DNA from: Bugula neritina
Lineage: Eukaryota; Animalia; Bryozoa
Length of the DNA: 64,000 nucleotides
NCBI GenBank assembly: GCA_964035545.1
Contig: OZ037773.1
Span: 1 to 64,000 of the forward strand
Reading direction: 5' to 3'
A model generated the notes under the pieces. That model made no database searches, was not told the origin of the DNA, and saw only the letters and a list, made by a program, of their open reading frames with translations. The translations under genes and the position numbers were made by a program. Shown here piece after piece: positions 53,894 through 64,000 of the stretch (position 1 is its first letter; each line of letters starts with the position of its first letter).

Positions 53894-56800
53894 TCACATA
53901 CGAAGTCCTTCAAGTATGCGGGGGGTTGCCTCGTACGCTGTCCCCTTTCTAGGGGGGGGTGACACGCTTGCCGGTTCGTTAGTAGGGGCCTCTAATGGCG
54001 TCTCTACTTCACCGTCAGCAGTCACCTCTTCTTGTTCTCCGGATGCAGCCCCTCCCTCCGTGGGGTTTTGCACTTCCGGAACCGGCTCGGTTTCTGGAAG
54101 TGATGGAATCAGACTTGGCGGTGGCGGACACGCTTCTGTTGGCAGAAGCTGCCGCTCCTCTCTCACCAAGTTTTCTTCCCGCGGTATGACCACTTCGTAT
54201 TCAGGTCCATGCCGCCGTCGCCCGCGCGTTGTTGTCTGCCTTCTGGGCTCTAACAACGGGGGGGCTTCTCCCACCCCGCCGGGGCTAGCCCAATACGGTT
54301 TCAAGCGAGACTCATTCTGGATAGACACCTGTCCTGAGCGCTCAATCTTGTACGTATGATTGGGCATAGCCTCGACGACCACGTAGGGGCCTACGAACTT
54401 AGGCTTCAGCTTATCAGCCTGTCCGCGGCGCCTACGGTAATTGACCATCCACACCTTATCTCCTCTTTGATAGAGGGGTGGTTCATCGGAATCTTCGTGC
54501 CGCACCTTCCACTGCTGTTGACGCAGTATCTCGTGTGCGGCCTTCATCCGTTCCACTAGTTCACTGGCATACTCGTGGATTGAGTTATCCTGCTCTGGAA
54601 CGTGATAGGTGAGATGGTCAGGGACACGAGTCTCTCTCCCGAGCATCAAGAGGTTTGGGGTCTCACCAGTACTGGTGTGTGGGGTGCTACGGTATGCACG
54701 CATGACTTGCGGCAACACCGTATCCCATTCCTCTTGACCTCGTCCAAGGAGGAGACTCCGGAGTGCATCACCTAGCATCCGGTTGTTGCGCTCCACCACC
54801 CCGTTACCTTGGGGGTGGTAGGGGGTGGTCCTGCTCTGATTTACTCCCCAGAGGTGGCAAAGGTCGCTCATCAGTTGAGACTGGAATTGAGCGCCTTGAT
54901 CAGAGTGTATCTGTTCGGGAAGCCCAAAATAACAGAATACATGTTGGTCTAGTGCCCTGGCCACTGTTGGGGCTGATGCATCTGGGATAGCCAGAGCATC
55001 CGCCCACCTAGTAAAGTGGTCGGTTAGTACTAGGATCCAATTATTGCCTCTGGGGGTCAGGGGCATGGGTCCGACCAGGTCTACAGCGACTACTTGCCAG
55101 GGCCTGCCAGCATATAGCCTCCGCCGTCCTGCTTCACCAGGGGGGCGGCTATGCTTACTGGCCTGGCAGATCTCACACTGTTTGACTCTGAGCCGGACGT
55201 CACGCTCCATCTGCGGCCAATACCACCGGAGTCGTAATTTGGATATCACTCGCTTGACCCCTGCGTGGGCCTGCTTGTGAGTATCCCAAATCAACTCACG
55301 GCGGATGGCTGTGGGGCAGACTACCCTCTTCCTTTCCGGGTGTCTGCCGCTGGCAGCTAGAGAGATGGTTAGCAAACCATCCTGCCCGATCCGCAGCGAG
55401 TCCCAACGCTGACAGTATAGCCGGAACTCGGCGCATCCCTGTCTTATGCGTTCCTCGCTGGGTCGTCGCCCTTCCCGTTTGGCCCGGTATATGTCTGCCA
55501 CGACTCCAGGCAGTTCTTCTTGGAGCTTCTTCAGCTCTCGAACATTACCGGCCAGTACAGGGTTGGCGCGGAGGTTTTGCACATCCTCCGGGGACTCATC
55601 AACTCTCTGCCTGAGTTGACCTTGATCCCAGTCAAACGGTGCTCCGTGATGAGCCAGCGTCTCCAACTCGCATCGTGGGGGACCTCCATCCCTCCTCTCG
55701 ATGTTGAGACACTGTTTGCAACCTCCGTCAGGTCGGCGACTCAACCCATCCGCATTGCTGTGTCTCTTGCCCGGTCGATGTTCGATCCGGTACGAGAATT
55801 CAGCTAGGATTTCGAGCCACCGGGCGACCTGACTAGAGGGCTCTGCTCTCCTGCACAACCAGATCAGCGAGGCATGATCCGTACGCAGCCGGAACTTCCT
55901 GCCATATAGGTATGGTCTGAAGTGCTTCACTGACTTGATTACTGCCAGCAGTTCCTTGCGGGTAGTGCAGTAATTTCGTTCAGCGGGAGAGAGAGACTTG
56001 CTGTAGTAGGCTACTACTACTTCTCGGCCTTCCTGCACTTGTGACAGCACAGCGCCAACATTCTGGTCACTGGCGTCCGTGTCTAGGATGTACTCCAGAG
56101 TGGGGTCTGGGTAGGCCAAGATGGGCGCCGTTAGGAGGCAGCCCTTGAGGCGGTCGAACGCTTCTTGTTCGACTGGGGTCCACTGCCACGTCACTCCCTT
56201 TGCGGTAAGCCGGTTTAAAGGCTGGGCTATGCCCGCAAAGTCTGGTATGTATTGCCTGTAATACCCTACCAGCCCCAAGAAAGCCCGGAGTCCGGTCAAG
56301 TCTTGGGGGGTGACCCAGTCTTCTACTGCCCGTACCTTTTCGGGATCCGTTGCCACGCCGTTTCGACCGACAACGTGCCCCAGGTACTTGACCTCCGGCT
56401 GCAACAGAGCGCACTTGGAAGGTTTGAGCTTAAGACCGGCACGTCGGAGTCTCTCGAAAACCTCCTGCAGACGACTGACATGTGTCTCGAAGTCTGGAGA
56501 GATTACGATGACATCATCGAGGTAGACCAGCAGTGTCTTCCAATGGAGTCCGCTAAGGACTTGTTCCATCAGCCTCTGGAAGGTGGCTGGGGCGGAGGTT
56601 AACCCGAAGGGCAGCACCTTCCACTTCCACAAACCGTCCCGTGTGATAAACGCCGCTTTCTCTTGGGCGTCGGGACTCAGAGGAACCTGCCAATAGCCGC
56701 TTAGCAAGTCTAACGTACTGAAGTACTTGCTGCCGGCTAGGGCGTCCAATGACTCGTCAATACGAGGTAGAGGGTAGGCGTCCTGTATGGTTACGCTATT

Positions 56801-58294
56801 GAGTTTGCGGTAGTCCACACAGAACCGCCAACTGCCGTCTTTCTTCCGGACCAGTACGACTGGCGAGCTCCACGCACTATGGGCGGGCTCTATCAGTCCC
56901 CGGTCCAGAAGATCCCGTACTTGTCGGCTAACCTCCTTCTCTTTCTCCGGCCCCAGCCTGCGTGTGGGCTGCCGGACAGGGACTGTCCCTGCAGTCAGCG
57001 GTATTTCGTGTCTGACAATTCCAGTCAGTCCCACGTCATGCTCTCCGCTGCTGAACACATCACCGTAGTCGCGTAGTAACTTGGCCATAGCCTGGCGCTC
57101 TCTGTTACTCGCGCAGCCGCCACTGGCTGTTTCGTATAACTCCCGGAGATGTGTTGGGACTGCCCCTCGTCCCTGAATAGGGTGTCGAGAGAGTGCCTCC
57201 GTCGCATCACCCAGCGACGGGCCTACGTCTCCCTCCTGAACAGAGTGAAAACGGCCCAGCATCGACCCAGCCGGGAGCTTGATAGGCTCGGTAAAGGGGT
57301 TGACGCACTGCACTAAGATCTCCCCTTGTTCAGTCAGCTGATTCAGACTGCTGGCAAGTTGGATCTTTTCGTGCGCGCCTTCAACCACCCCGAGTCCAGA
57401 GATCCGGCTACTATTCACCCTGCAGTGAATGGTAGCCCGGGAGCGGCCTGGTATGGTACGGTTGCGTACCACTTGCACACCTCCCACTAAAGGGCAGCCG
57501 AACTTGTCGACGCAGGCGAGTTCCCGCCCGGACATCATCATTGCAGATCTGCTAAAATCTATGTGACATCCGTGCCGTTTAAGGAACGGCATCCCGAGGA
57601 TAGCATCCTCCTTGAGCTGACTGACGATGAACGTCTCTTGGATCGTTTGATCGCGGACTCGTCCCGTCAGCTCAATTATACCATAGAAGGGAAGGCATGA
57701 CCCGTCAGCTAGGGTGCCGTACTCCCCTTCGTATGCTTCCATCTCGCCCCTGACCCTAGCACTGAGGGTGTCGAAGAGTTGGCGGCTTAAGAGGTTTGTG
57801 GTACAGCCCGAATCAATGAGAAAAGTAACAGCTTTGCCTTCCAGTTTACCGGGCAAGAAATAGCTGTTCCCATGGGGCTGCACCTGAACTCTCCCTTCAG
57901 GCCTTACTCTCGCAGGGAGTACCTCCCTCGCTTTGGGTCGCGAAGGAGGTCTCTTGGGGCGGTGATAGGTAGGCCTCGGGGGTGCCGAGGCTAGATTCTC
58001 AGCTACCTTTGCGTGCTCCCATCCAGATTCTTGGACTTGTAGCCCTGTGAATCTGTTGTGAAGGGGCATAGAAAAGGCAGCCGCGGGGCGAAGCCCCTTG
58101 CTGGTCCGTCGTGGCTGTTGCCACTGTTGGTTGCCAGTACGCGGTACCCGTCTGGGTGACCTGCGTTTCTTCTTCCCTAGAGGTTTCGTCGGCCCGCGGA
58201 AGGTGGGAACATCTGCGGGCCGCGGTAGTTTAACCCCTGATTTAGGAAGGGACAATATCGGCGGAAATGTCCTTGATTTCCGCACTCCCAGCAA
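53894..58294 (-). CDS. pol: E3 pol polyprotein (PR-RT-RNaseH-IN), expressed by -1 frameshift
   Basis: 1466-aa ORF; IDSG, YLDD, DTDAS, HHCC, DDE and GPY motifs. Confidence 0.97.
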   Translation of the reverse strand: MLGVRKSRTFPPILSLPKSGVKLPRPADVPTFRGPTKPLGKKKRRSPRRVPRTGNQQWQQPRRTSKGLRPAAAFSMPLHNRFTGLQVQESGWEHAKVAENLASAPPRPTYHRPKRPPSRPKAREVLPARVRPEGRVQVQPHGNSYFLPGKLEGKAVTFLIDSGCTTNLLSRQLFDTLSARVRGEMEAYEGEYGTLADGSCLPFYGIIELTGRVRDQTIQETFIVSQLKEDAILGMPFLKRHGCHIDFSRSAMMMSGRELACVDKFGCPLVGGVQVVRNRTIPGRSRATIHCRVNSSRISGLGVVEGAHEKIQLASSLNQLTEQGEILVQCVNPFTEPIKLPAGSMLGRFHSVQEGDVGPSLGDATEALSRHPIQGRGAVPTHLRELYETASGGCASNRERQAMAKLLRDYGDVFSSGEHDVGLTGIVRHEIPLTAGTVPVRQPTRRLGPEKEKEVSRQVRDLLDRGLIEPAHSAWSSPVVLVRKKDGSWRFCVDYRKLNSVTIQDAYPLPRIDESLDALAGSKYFSTLDLLSGYWQVPLSPDAQEKAAFITRDGLWKWKVLPFGLTSAPATFQRLMEQVLSGLHWKTLLVYLDDVIVISPDFETHVSRLQEVFERLRRAGLKLKPSKCALLQPEVKYLGHVVGRNGVATDPEKVRAVEDWVTPQDLTGLRAFLGLVGYYRQYIPDFAGIAQPLNRLTAKGVTWQWTPVEQEAFDRLKGCLLTAPILAYPDPTLEYILDTDASDQNVGAVLSQVQEGREVVVAYYSKSLSPAERNYCTTRKELLAVIKSVKHFRPYLYGRKFRLRTDHASLIWLCRRAEPSSQVARWLEILAEFSYRIEHRPGKRHSNADGLSRRPDGGCKQCLNIERRDGGPPRCELETLAHHGAPFDWDQGQLRQRVDESPEDVQNLRANPVLAGNVRELKKLQEELPGVVADIYRAKREGRRPSEERIRQGCAEFRLYCQRWDSLRIGQDGLLTISLAASGRHPERKRVVCPTAIRRELIWDTHKQAHAGVKRVISKLRLRWYWPQMERDVRLRVKQCEICQASKHSRPPGEAGRRRLYAGRPWQVVAVDLVGPMPLTPRGNNWILVLTDHFTRWADALAIPDASAPTVARALDQHVFCYFGLPEQIHSDQGAQFQSQLMSDLCHLWGVNQSRTTPYHPQGNGVVERNNRMLGDALRSLLLGRGQEEWDTVLPQVMRAYRSTPHTSTGETPNLLMLGRETRVPDHLTYHVPEQDNSIHEYASELVERMKAAHEILRQQQWKVRHEDSDEPPLYQRGDKVWMVNYRRRRGQADKLKPKFVGPYVVVEAMPNHTYKIERSGQVSIQNESRLKPYWASPGGVGEAPPLLEPRRQTTTRGRRRHGPEYEVVIPREENLVREERQLLPTEACPPPPSLIPSLPETEPVPEVQNPTEGGAASGEQEEVTADGEVETPLEAPTNEPASVSPPPRKGTAYEATPRILEGLRM

Positions 58295-59136
58295 AAACTG
58301 ACTGTTTCTCCCTGTGGCGGCGCCGATGGCCGCATGGGCTCAGGGGCGGTACTCACTGGGTTTTGTGGTGTCAGTGTTGCTATCAGCTTGGCTAGCATGT
58401 CCGTCAGTTGAGTGACTTTTGATGCCGTCGCCAACTGGGACACGGCAGCCGCGGCGGGGGTTTCCTCCCCTTGTCCCGCGGCCGTGTCTGCGCGGTCTAT
58501 CTCCACTTGGCGGGAGCTTCCGCGACTTTTATGCATTTGGTTAGCTAGGAGGTAAGCTTCCCCCTCAGTCAGAGCATCTTCAACGGTGGTGACTCCCCTA
58601 GCTAGAAACTGGTGGTGGAGACCCAGATCGTCGACAGATGCTATGAAAGCGTCGAGGGTGTACCTCTCGCGGTTGACTGGGGGCAAGTCGCTGTACGCGA
58701 TCTGTGCCAGCTTCATGACCGCGGCGGCATGCTCCCGCAGCGGGGTGCGGGGATCACGCCGCAACCTCTGCAATCGGGACCTGGCATCTGTAGCAGAGAG
58801 GCCAAAGCGGGCCCGCAGAGAAGCAAAGATATTATCAATGTCTACGCCCAGCCCATAGGGCTTGGCTTTGTCCATCAATGCCATTCTAAGCTTCAACAGG
58901 GCCACCCTAGGGGGCCACTGAGCGACGTCCATTACGTCGCTAAACTCTTGGATAAATTGTTCCACCTCCTCTTCACCCGTGAAGGTGGGCGCCTTTAACC
59001 TGTAGCGGTCTTCAGCTAGTTCTCGCGGAACCCTTCGCTCTTCTACTACATGGTTAACAGGCATTGTCTCTACAGCATTGTCTCTACGCTCACCTTCGAT
59101 TGCCGGTGGTTGAGTTCCAGCATTTTCAGTCTCCAT
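58177..59136 (-). CDS. gag: E3 gag
   Basis: 319 aa; CWECGNQGHFRRYC knuckle; ATG just after the PBS. Confidence 0.95.
   Translation of the reverse strand: METENAGTQPPAIEGERRDNAVETMPVNHVVEERRVPRELAEDRYRLKAPTFTGEEEVEQFIQEFSDVMDVAQWPPRVALLKLRMALMDKAKPYGLGVDIDNIFASLRARFGLSATDARSRLQRLRRDPRTPLREHAAAVMKLAQIAYSDLPPVNRERYTLDAFIASVDDLGLHHQFLARGVTTVEDALTEGEAYLLANQMHKSRGSSRQVEIDRADTAAGQGEETPAAAAVSQLATASKVTQLTDMLAKLIATLTPQNPVSTAPEPMRPSAPPQGETVSFCWECGNQGHFRRYCPFLNQGLNYRGPQMFPPSAGRRNL
58190..58234 (-). promoter_or_regulatory. E3 gag-pol -1 frameshift signal
   Basis: G_TTA_AAC in the gag frame (58234-58228), 5-nt spacer, stem CGGCCCGC/GCGGGCCG. Confidence 0.75.
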
Positions 59137-59148
59137 CTTGGATGCACT

Positions 59149-59166
59149 ATCCCACCGCTGCCACCA
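59149..59166 (-). promoter_or_regulatory. E3 primer-binding site (tRNA-Leu type)
   Basis: Same TGGTGGCAGCGGTGGGAT as E1. Confidence 0.85.
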
Positions 59167-59167
59167 C

Positions 59168-59473
59168 TGTTATGTTTTTCAGTTTTAGGGTTGATATGCT
59201 ATCCAGAGAGTCTATTTATCTAGTATAGAACTGCACCAGGCTAAGTCGAGTGAACGAGTATATTTTATACACAACTATACATTATAAAAACACGATACAT
59301 TATTTCTAACAAGTTACACATCTAATCTATTTCACACTCTAGCTTCGACTGAGTTAGCAGCGGGAAACTACAATTGCTGCTAACTATCAACTACGCTAAT
59401 TGGCTATCCATTGTTCCGGGTCAATTACGCGACCCCACATGTTGTGCTGCTGGTAGTTCCACGAACCACCACA
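59168..59473 (-). repeat. E3 5' LTR
   Basis: Repeat of 51972-52277. Confidence 0.95.
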
Positions 59474-60119
59474 CATGATTGAGATATTGTTATAATTTCC
59501 ACAATTATAATAAGTATGGGGATTCGTGTATACTATAGTTATCCACGTTGCATTGCCAAACACCAGACGAGTAATTAAGAGAGAAGAAGATTTATTTCCC
59601 ACACTAAGTACACAAGTAAAAGTAGTATAGTTTTAGTAGCACACATATATAAAACATTTATCCTAGTACACTCAGCATCACGCTTTAACTGAATTGTATT
59701 ATGAAACTGTCCGGAAGCCTTTCTGCTTCACCGGGGGTAATCACGTACTTAGTGGGGATTGGCTAGTGAGCACGTGGCGCTTACGCTTCACTGGCCACTA
59801 CACCGCCTCCTCCAGCAGGGAGCCTACTTCCTGCTAAAAAAATGAGTGGGAGGGAAGCGTAAAAAAAAAACATGAATATATATATATATATAAAAAAATA
59901 CGATACCGGAATAAAAATGTACATAAGAAAAAATACTAAGATACGTGTATCTTAGTGTTTTTTCTTGTGTGTACACAATTAATATCTTTCTAATCCTATT
60001 TACAAAATACAGTTTTCACAGCCCCGGTGGAGCACCAGGATGGAGGGAGACGGAGGAAATATATCCGGAGACGAAGGTGGTGTAGGGAGAGGGGAAAGAG
60101 TGTCACACTAATCCTTAGT

Positions 60120-60598
60120 GGCACGTTTCAGCCGATTTATAGACTCCTGGAGGGACTTCAACTCGCTGCTTTTACTCTGAGAGCCAACAGATGCACTTCC
60201 CTCTCGAGCTCGTTGGTCCTTACTTCGACTTCCCGCAGGTTACGGGCCAGTGGAGAGGAACGGGAGGGGAACTGATGAGGTCGATGTCTCCGGATCTTTA
60301 CAACATAATTCTAGTGACAATCGACTGTTACTAGTCTGAGAGTCACAACTTTTATAAGGCACTCCAGAGACCAGTTGATTACGTGTAGACTGACCAAGAA
60401 TGACAGTGTCTAGCTCGAGATCTAACAGATCGTCGGCCATTACTGCGTCCTCATCGTCATTCACGTTAAACGTGGTCCCCAGTAACTCTGATTCAATCCG
60501 ACTGATTAGTTCAGAATTAACTGGCATCGGGCCTGTTTCCATAGATAGTAACACAAGACTTATACAGGCTTACCTGTGAACTTGGTATTGATCGACAT
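60120..60598 (-). pseudogene. E4 accessory-gene remnant: mini-exon 60598-60574, acidic ORF and coiled coil; zinc fingers deleted
   Basis: ATGTCGATCAATACCAAGTTCACAG|GTAAGC; ORF 60240-60554 matches E1 16336-16656; ARNLREVEVRTNELEREV matches the E1 zipper. Confidence 0.7.
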
Positions 60599-60707
60599 AC
60601 TCAACGTTCAGTAGTGGTAGTTGTGAGCTTAAGAGGTAGTTGTGAAATACGTCTGCCCTTGGCGATGTCAGCGTAGGAAAAGGCCGGGCAGCGTGTTTGC
60701 TCTTTGC

Positions 60708-63700
60708 TCAGAGCGCATCAATTCCTCCCACTACTCCGCCCTCGCAAAAGTTGATATTTGCGTGGGGCTCACAACTCTTACATTTGCCCGATAATTCTCT
60801 CGTACGGTTTCCCCCTAGACTTTCATACGCGCCGCTTTGGACGCAGTCACATACAAAATCTTTTAAATATGATGGGGGTTGCCTCGTACGTTGTCCCCGC
60901 TCTAGGGAAGGTGACGCACTCACCGGTGGACTAGTGGGTACCACTGGCGGTGCTTCTGGTTCACTGGTAGTGATTACTTCTTCCCGTTCTCCTGATGGAG
61001 CCCCTCCCTCCGTGGGGGTTTGCACTTCTGGAACCGGCTCGGTTTCCGGAAGTGATGGTATCAGATTTGGTATAGGAGGCGGCGGACGCACCTCTGTGGG
61101 TAGGAGCGGACGCTCGTCTCGTACCAAGTCCTCTTCCAGCGGAATGACCACTTCATACTCATGTCCATACCGCCGTCACCCACGCGTTGTCGTCTGCCTC
61201 CTGGGCTCCAACAAAGGGGGGGGGCTTCGCCCACTGTGTCTGTGCTAGCCCATTACGGCTTCAAGCAAGCCTCAATTTGGATGGACATCTGTCCTGAGCG
61301 CTGGATCTTGTAGGTATGGTTGGGCATAGCCTCGACTATCACCTAGGGTCCCACGAACTTAGGCTGTAACTTAGCCGCCTGCCCGCGACGCCTACGATAA
61401 TTGACCATCCACACCCAATCTCCTGTCTGATAGAGGGGTGGTTCCTTGGAATCCTCGCGCCGCACCTGCCACTGCTTCTCCCGCAGCATTTCGTGTGCGA
61501 CCCTCATCCGTTCCACTAGTTCGCTGGCATACTCGTAAATCGAGCTGTCTTGCTCTGGAATGTGGTAGGTAAGATGGTCAGGAACCCGGGTCTCTTTCCC
61601 GAGCCTCAGGAGGTTTGGGGTCTTACCAGTACTGGTGTGCGGGGTGCTACGGTATGCGCGCATGACTTGTGGCAATACCGTATCCCATTCCTCTTGACTG
61701 CGTCCGAGTAGTAGACTCCGGAGCGCATCACCTAGCATCCGGTTATTGCGCTCCACCACCCCGTTGCCTTGGGGCTGGTAAGGAGTGGTCCTGCTCTGAT
61801 TTACTCCCAGGAGGCAGCAAAGGTCGCTCATCAGTTGAGACTGAAATTGAGCGCCTTGGTCAGAGTGTATCTGCTCGGGGAGGCCAAAGTAGCAGAATAC
61901 ATGTTTGTCTAGCACCCTGGCCACTGTCGGGGCTGACGCACCTGGAATAGCCAGAGCGTCTGCCCACCTGGTAAAGTGGTTGGTTAATACTAAGATCCAA
62001 CTATTGCCTCTGGGGGTTGGGAGCATGGGTTCGACCAGGTCGACAGCTACTACTTGCCACGGCCTTCCAGCATATAACCTTCGCCGTCCCGCTTCACCAG
62101 GGAGACGGCCATGCTTGCTGGCCTGGCAGATTTCACACTGTTTTACTCTGAGTCGAACATCCCGCCCCATCTTGGGCCAATACCACCGGAGTTGCAATTT
62201 GGAGATCACTCTTTTGACTCCTGCGTGAGCCTGCTTGTGAGTGTCCCAAATTAACTCACGGCGTATGGCAGTGGGACAGACCACCCTCTTCCTCTTCTCT
62301 GCCTTAGCTGTTCCTTGCTGAGTCGTCGCCCTTCCTTTTTGGCCCGATATACGTCTGCCAACACTCCAGGCAGGTTTTCCTGAAGCCTCTTCAGTTGCCG
62401 GACGTTATCGGCCAAAGCAGGGTTGGCGTGGAGGTTCTGTATAACCTCCGAGGGTTCGTCAACTGTCTGTTGGAGTTGACCCTGGTCCCAGTCAAACCGT
62501 GCTCCGTGGTGAGCCAGTGTCTCTAACTCATATCGTGGGGGACCTCCATCCCTCTTTTTGATGTTGAGATACTGTTTACAACCCCCGCCAGGTCGTCGGC
62601 TCAAGCCATTCGCATTGCTGTGCCTCTTACCCAGTCGATGTTCGATCGGGTAAGAAAACTCGGCTAGAATTTAGAGCCACCGGGTGACCTGACTAGACGG
62701 TTCTGCTCTCTTGCACAACCAAATCAAGAAGGCATGATCCGTACGCAGCCGGAACTTCCTGCCATACAGATAGGGTCGGAAGTGCTTCACTGACTTGATT
62801 ACTGCCAGCAACTCCTTGCCGGTAGTGCAGTAAATTCGTTCAGTGTGTGAGAGAGACATGCTGTAGTAAGCTACTACTACTTCCCGGCCTTCCTGCACCT
62901 GCGACAGCACAACGCCAACATTCTAGTCACTGGCGTCTGTGTCGAGGATGTACTCCAGAGTAGGATCTAGTTAGACCAAGATGGGTGCCGCCAGTCGGCA
63001 ACCCTTGAGGCGGTCAAACCTCCACTGCCACGTCACTTCCTTTGCGGTGAGCCGGTTTAACGGCTGCGCTATCCCCGCAAAGTCTGGTATGTATTGCCTG
63101 TAATACTCTGCCAGACCCAGAAAAGCCTGGAGTCCGGTCAAGTCTTGGGGGGTGACCCAGTCTTCTATTGCCCGTACCTTTTCGAAATCTGTGGCCACGC
63201 CGTTTCGACCGACAACGTGCCCCAAATACTTGACCTCCGGCTGCAATAGGTTTTAGCTTCAAACCGGCACCTCTGAGTTTTTCGAAAACTTCTCTCAGAC
63301 GACTGACGTGTGTCTTGAAGTCTGGGGAGATCACGATGACGCCATCGAGGTAGATCAGCAGTGTCTTCCAATGGAGCCCGCTGAGGACTTGTTCCATCAG
63401 CCTCTGGAAGGTGGCTGGGGCGGAGGTCAGTCAAAACGGCAGTACCTTCCACTTCTACAATCCGTCCCATATTAAAAAACGCCGCCTTCTCCTGGGCGTC
63501 GGGACTCAGAGGGACCTGCCAGTAACCGCTCAATAAGTCTAACGTACTGAAGTACTTGCTGTCGGCTAGGGCCTCCAAGGAATCGTCAATACGAGGTAGA
63601 GGGTAGGCGTCCTGTATGGTCACGCTATTGAGCTTGCGGTAGTCCACACAGAACCGCCATCTTCCGTCTTTCTTCCGGACCAAGACGACCAGCGGGCTCC

Positions 63701-64000
63701 ATGCACTATGGGCTGGCTCTATGAGGCCTCGTTCCAGAGGATCCTGGAGCTGTCGGCTGACCTTCTTTTCCGGTCCCAACCTGCGTGTGGGTTGCCAAAT
63801 AGGGACTGTACCTGCAGTCAGCGGTATCTCGTGTCTGACAGCTCTAGTCAGTTCCACGTCATTGTCTCCGCTGCTGAACACATCACCGTAGTCGCGCAGC
63901 AACTTCGCCATGGCCTGGCATTCCTCGTTGCTTGCACAGCCACCACAGGCCGTCTCATACAACTCCTTGATGTGTGATGAAACAGTCCCCCGCCCTTTTT
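60708..64000 (-). pseudogene. pol: E4 pol with frameshifts and stops
   Basis: ORF fragments 63165-63962, 63014-63397, 62971-63246, 62671-62910, 62251-62604, 61343-62284 and 60708-61151 are all homologous to E3 pol. Confidence 0.92.

Larger units (their letters stand above)
51972..59473 (-). mobile_element. Ty3/Gypsy LTR retrotransposon E3, intact and recent
   Basis: 306-bp LTRs 51972-52277 and 59168-59473, identical by eye; TSD CATG at 51968-71 and 59474-77; PBS; PPT; open gag and pol. Confidence 0.98.
59488..64000 (-). mobile_element. Ty3/Gypsy element E4, decayed, continues beyond the window
   Basis: 3' LTR 59488-59802, PPT GGAGGAGGCGG, accessory gene with its zinc fingers deleted, fragmented IN/RH/RT (YLDG). 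Confidence 0.93.

Noticed and set aside
53916-58998. Antisense ORFs recurring within gag/pol of several elements
   Set aside because: Expected shadows of GC-rich coding sequence; starts and stops are not conserved.

Overview
AT-rich, intron-containing eukaryotic (most likely invertebrate animal) DNA that is dense in repeats. It holds four related Ty3/Gypsy LTR retrotransposons. E1 (10476-18083 +) is complete but decayed. E2 (~25040-31800 +) is 5'-truncated and fused to a Mag-like gag-protease remnant. E3 (51972-59473 -) is essentially intact, with LTRs that look identical by eye. E4 (59488->64000 -) is decayed and runs out of the window. There are also solo LTRs, mariner/hAT/Academ-like/LINE remnants, a degenerate 10-bp satellite in inverted orientation, microsatellites and segmental duplications. 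One host gene can be built by hand: a 374-aa type-I membrane protein with three divergent Ig domains (33445-37337 +), with a truncated paralogue near 8.4-10.1 kb. The main observation is that this Gypsy family carries, in the env position, a spliced accessory gene that is not env. A conserved 25-nt ATG mini-exon is followed by a phase-1 GT-AG intron and a second exon encoding two zinc fingers, a basic/SP-rich segment and a coiled coil. In some copies an acidic ORF lies inside the intron, in frame with exon 2. This looks like a complex-retrovirus-style regulator. All calls come from reading the sequence by eye; no database search was run.
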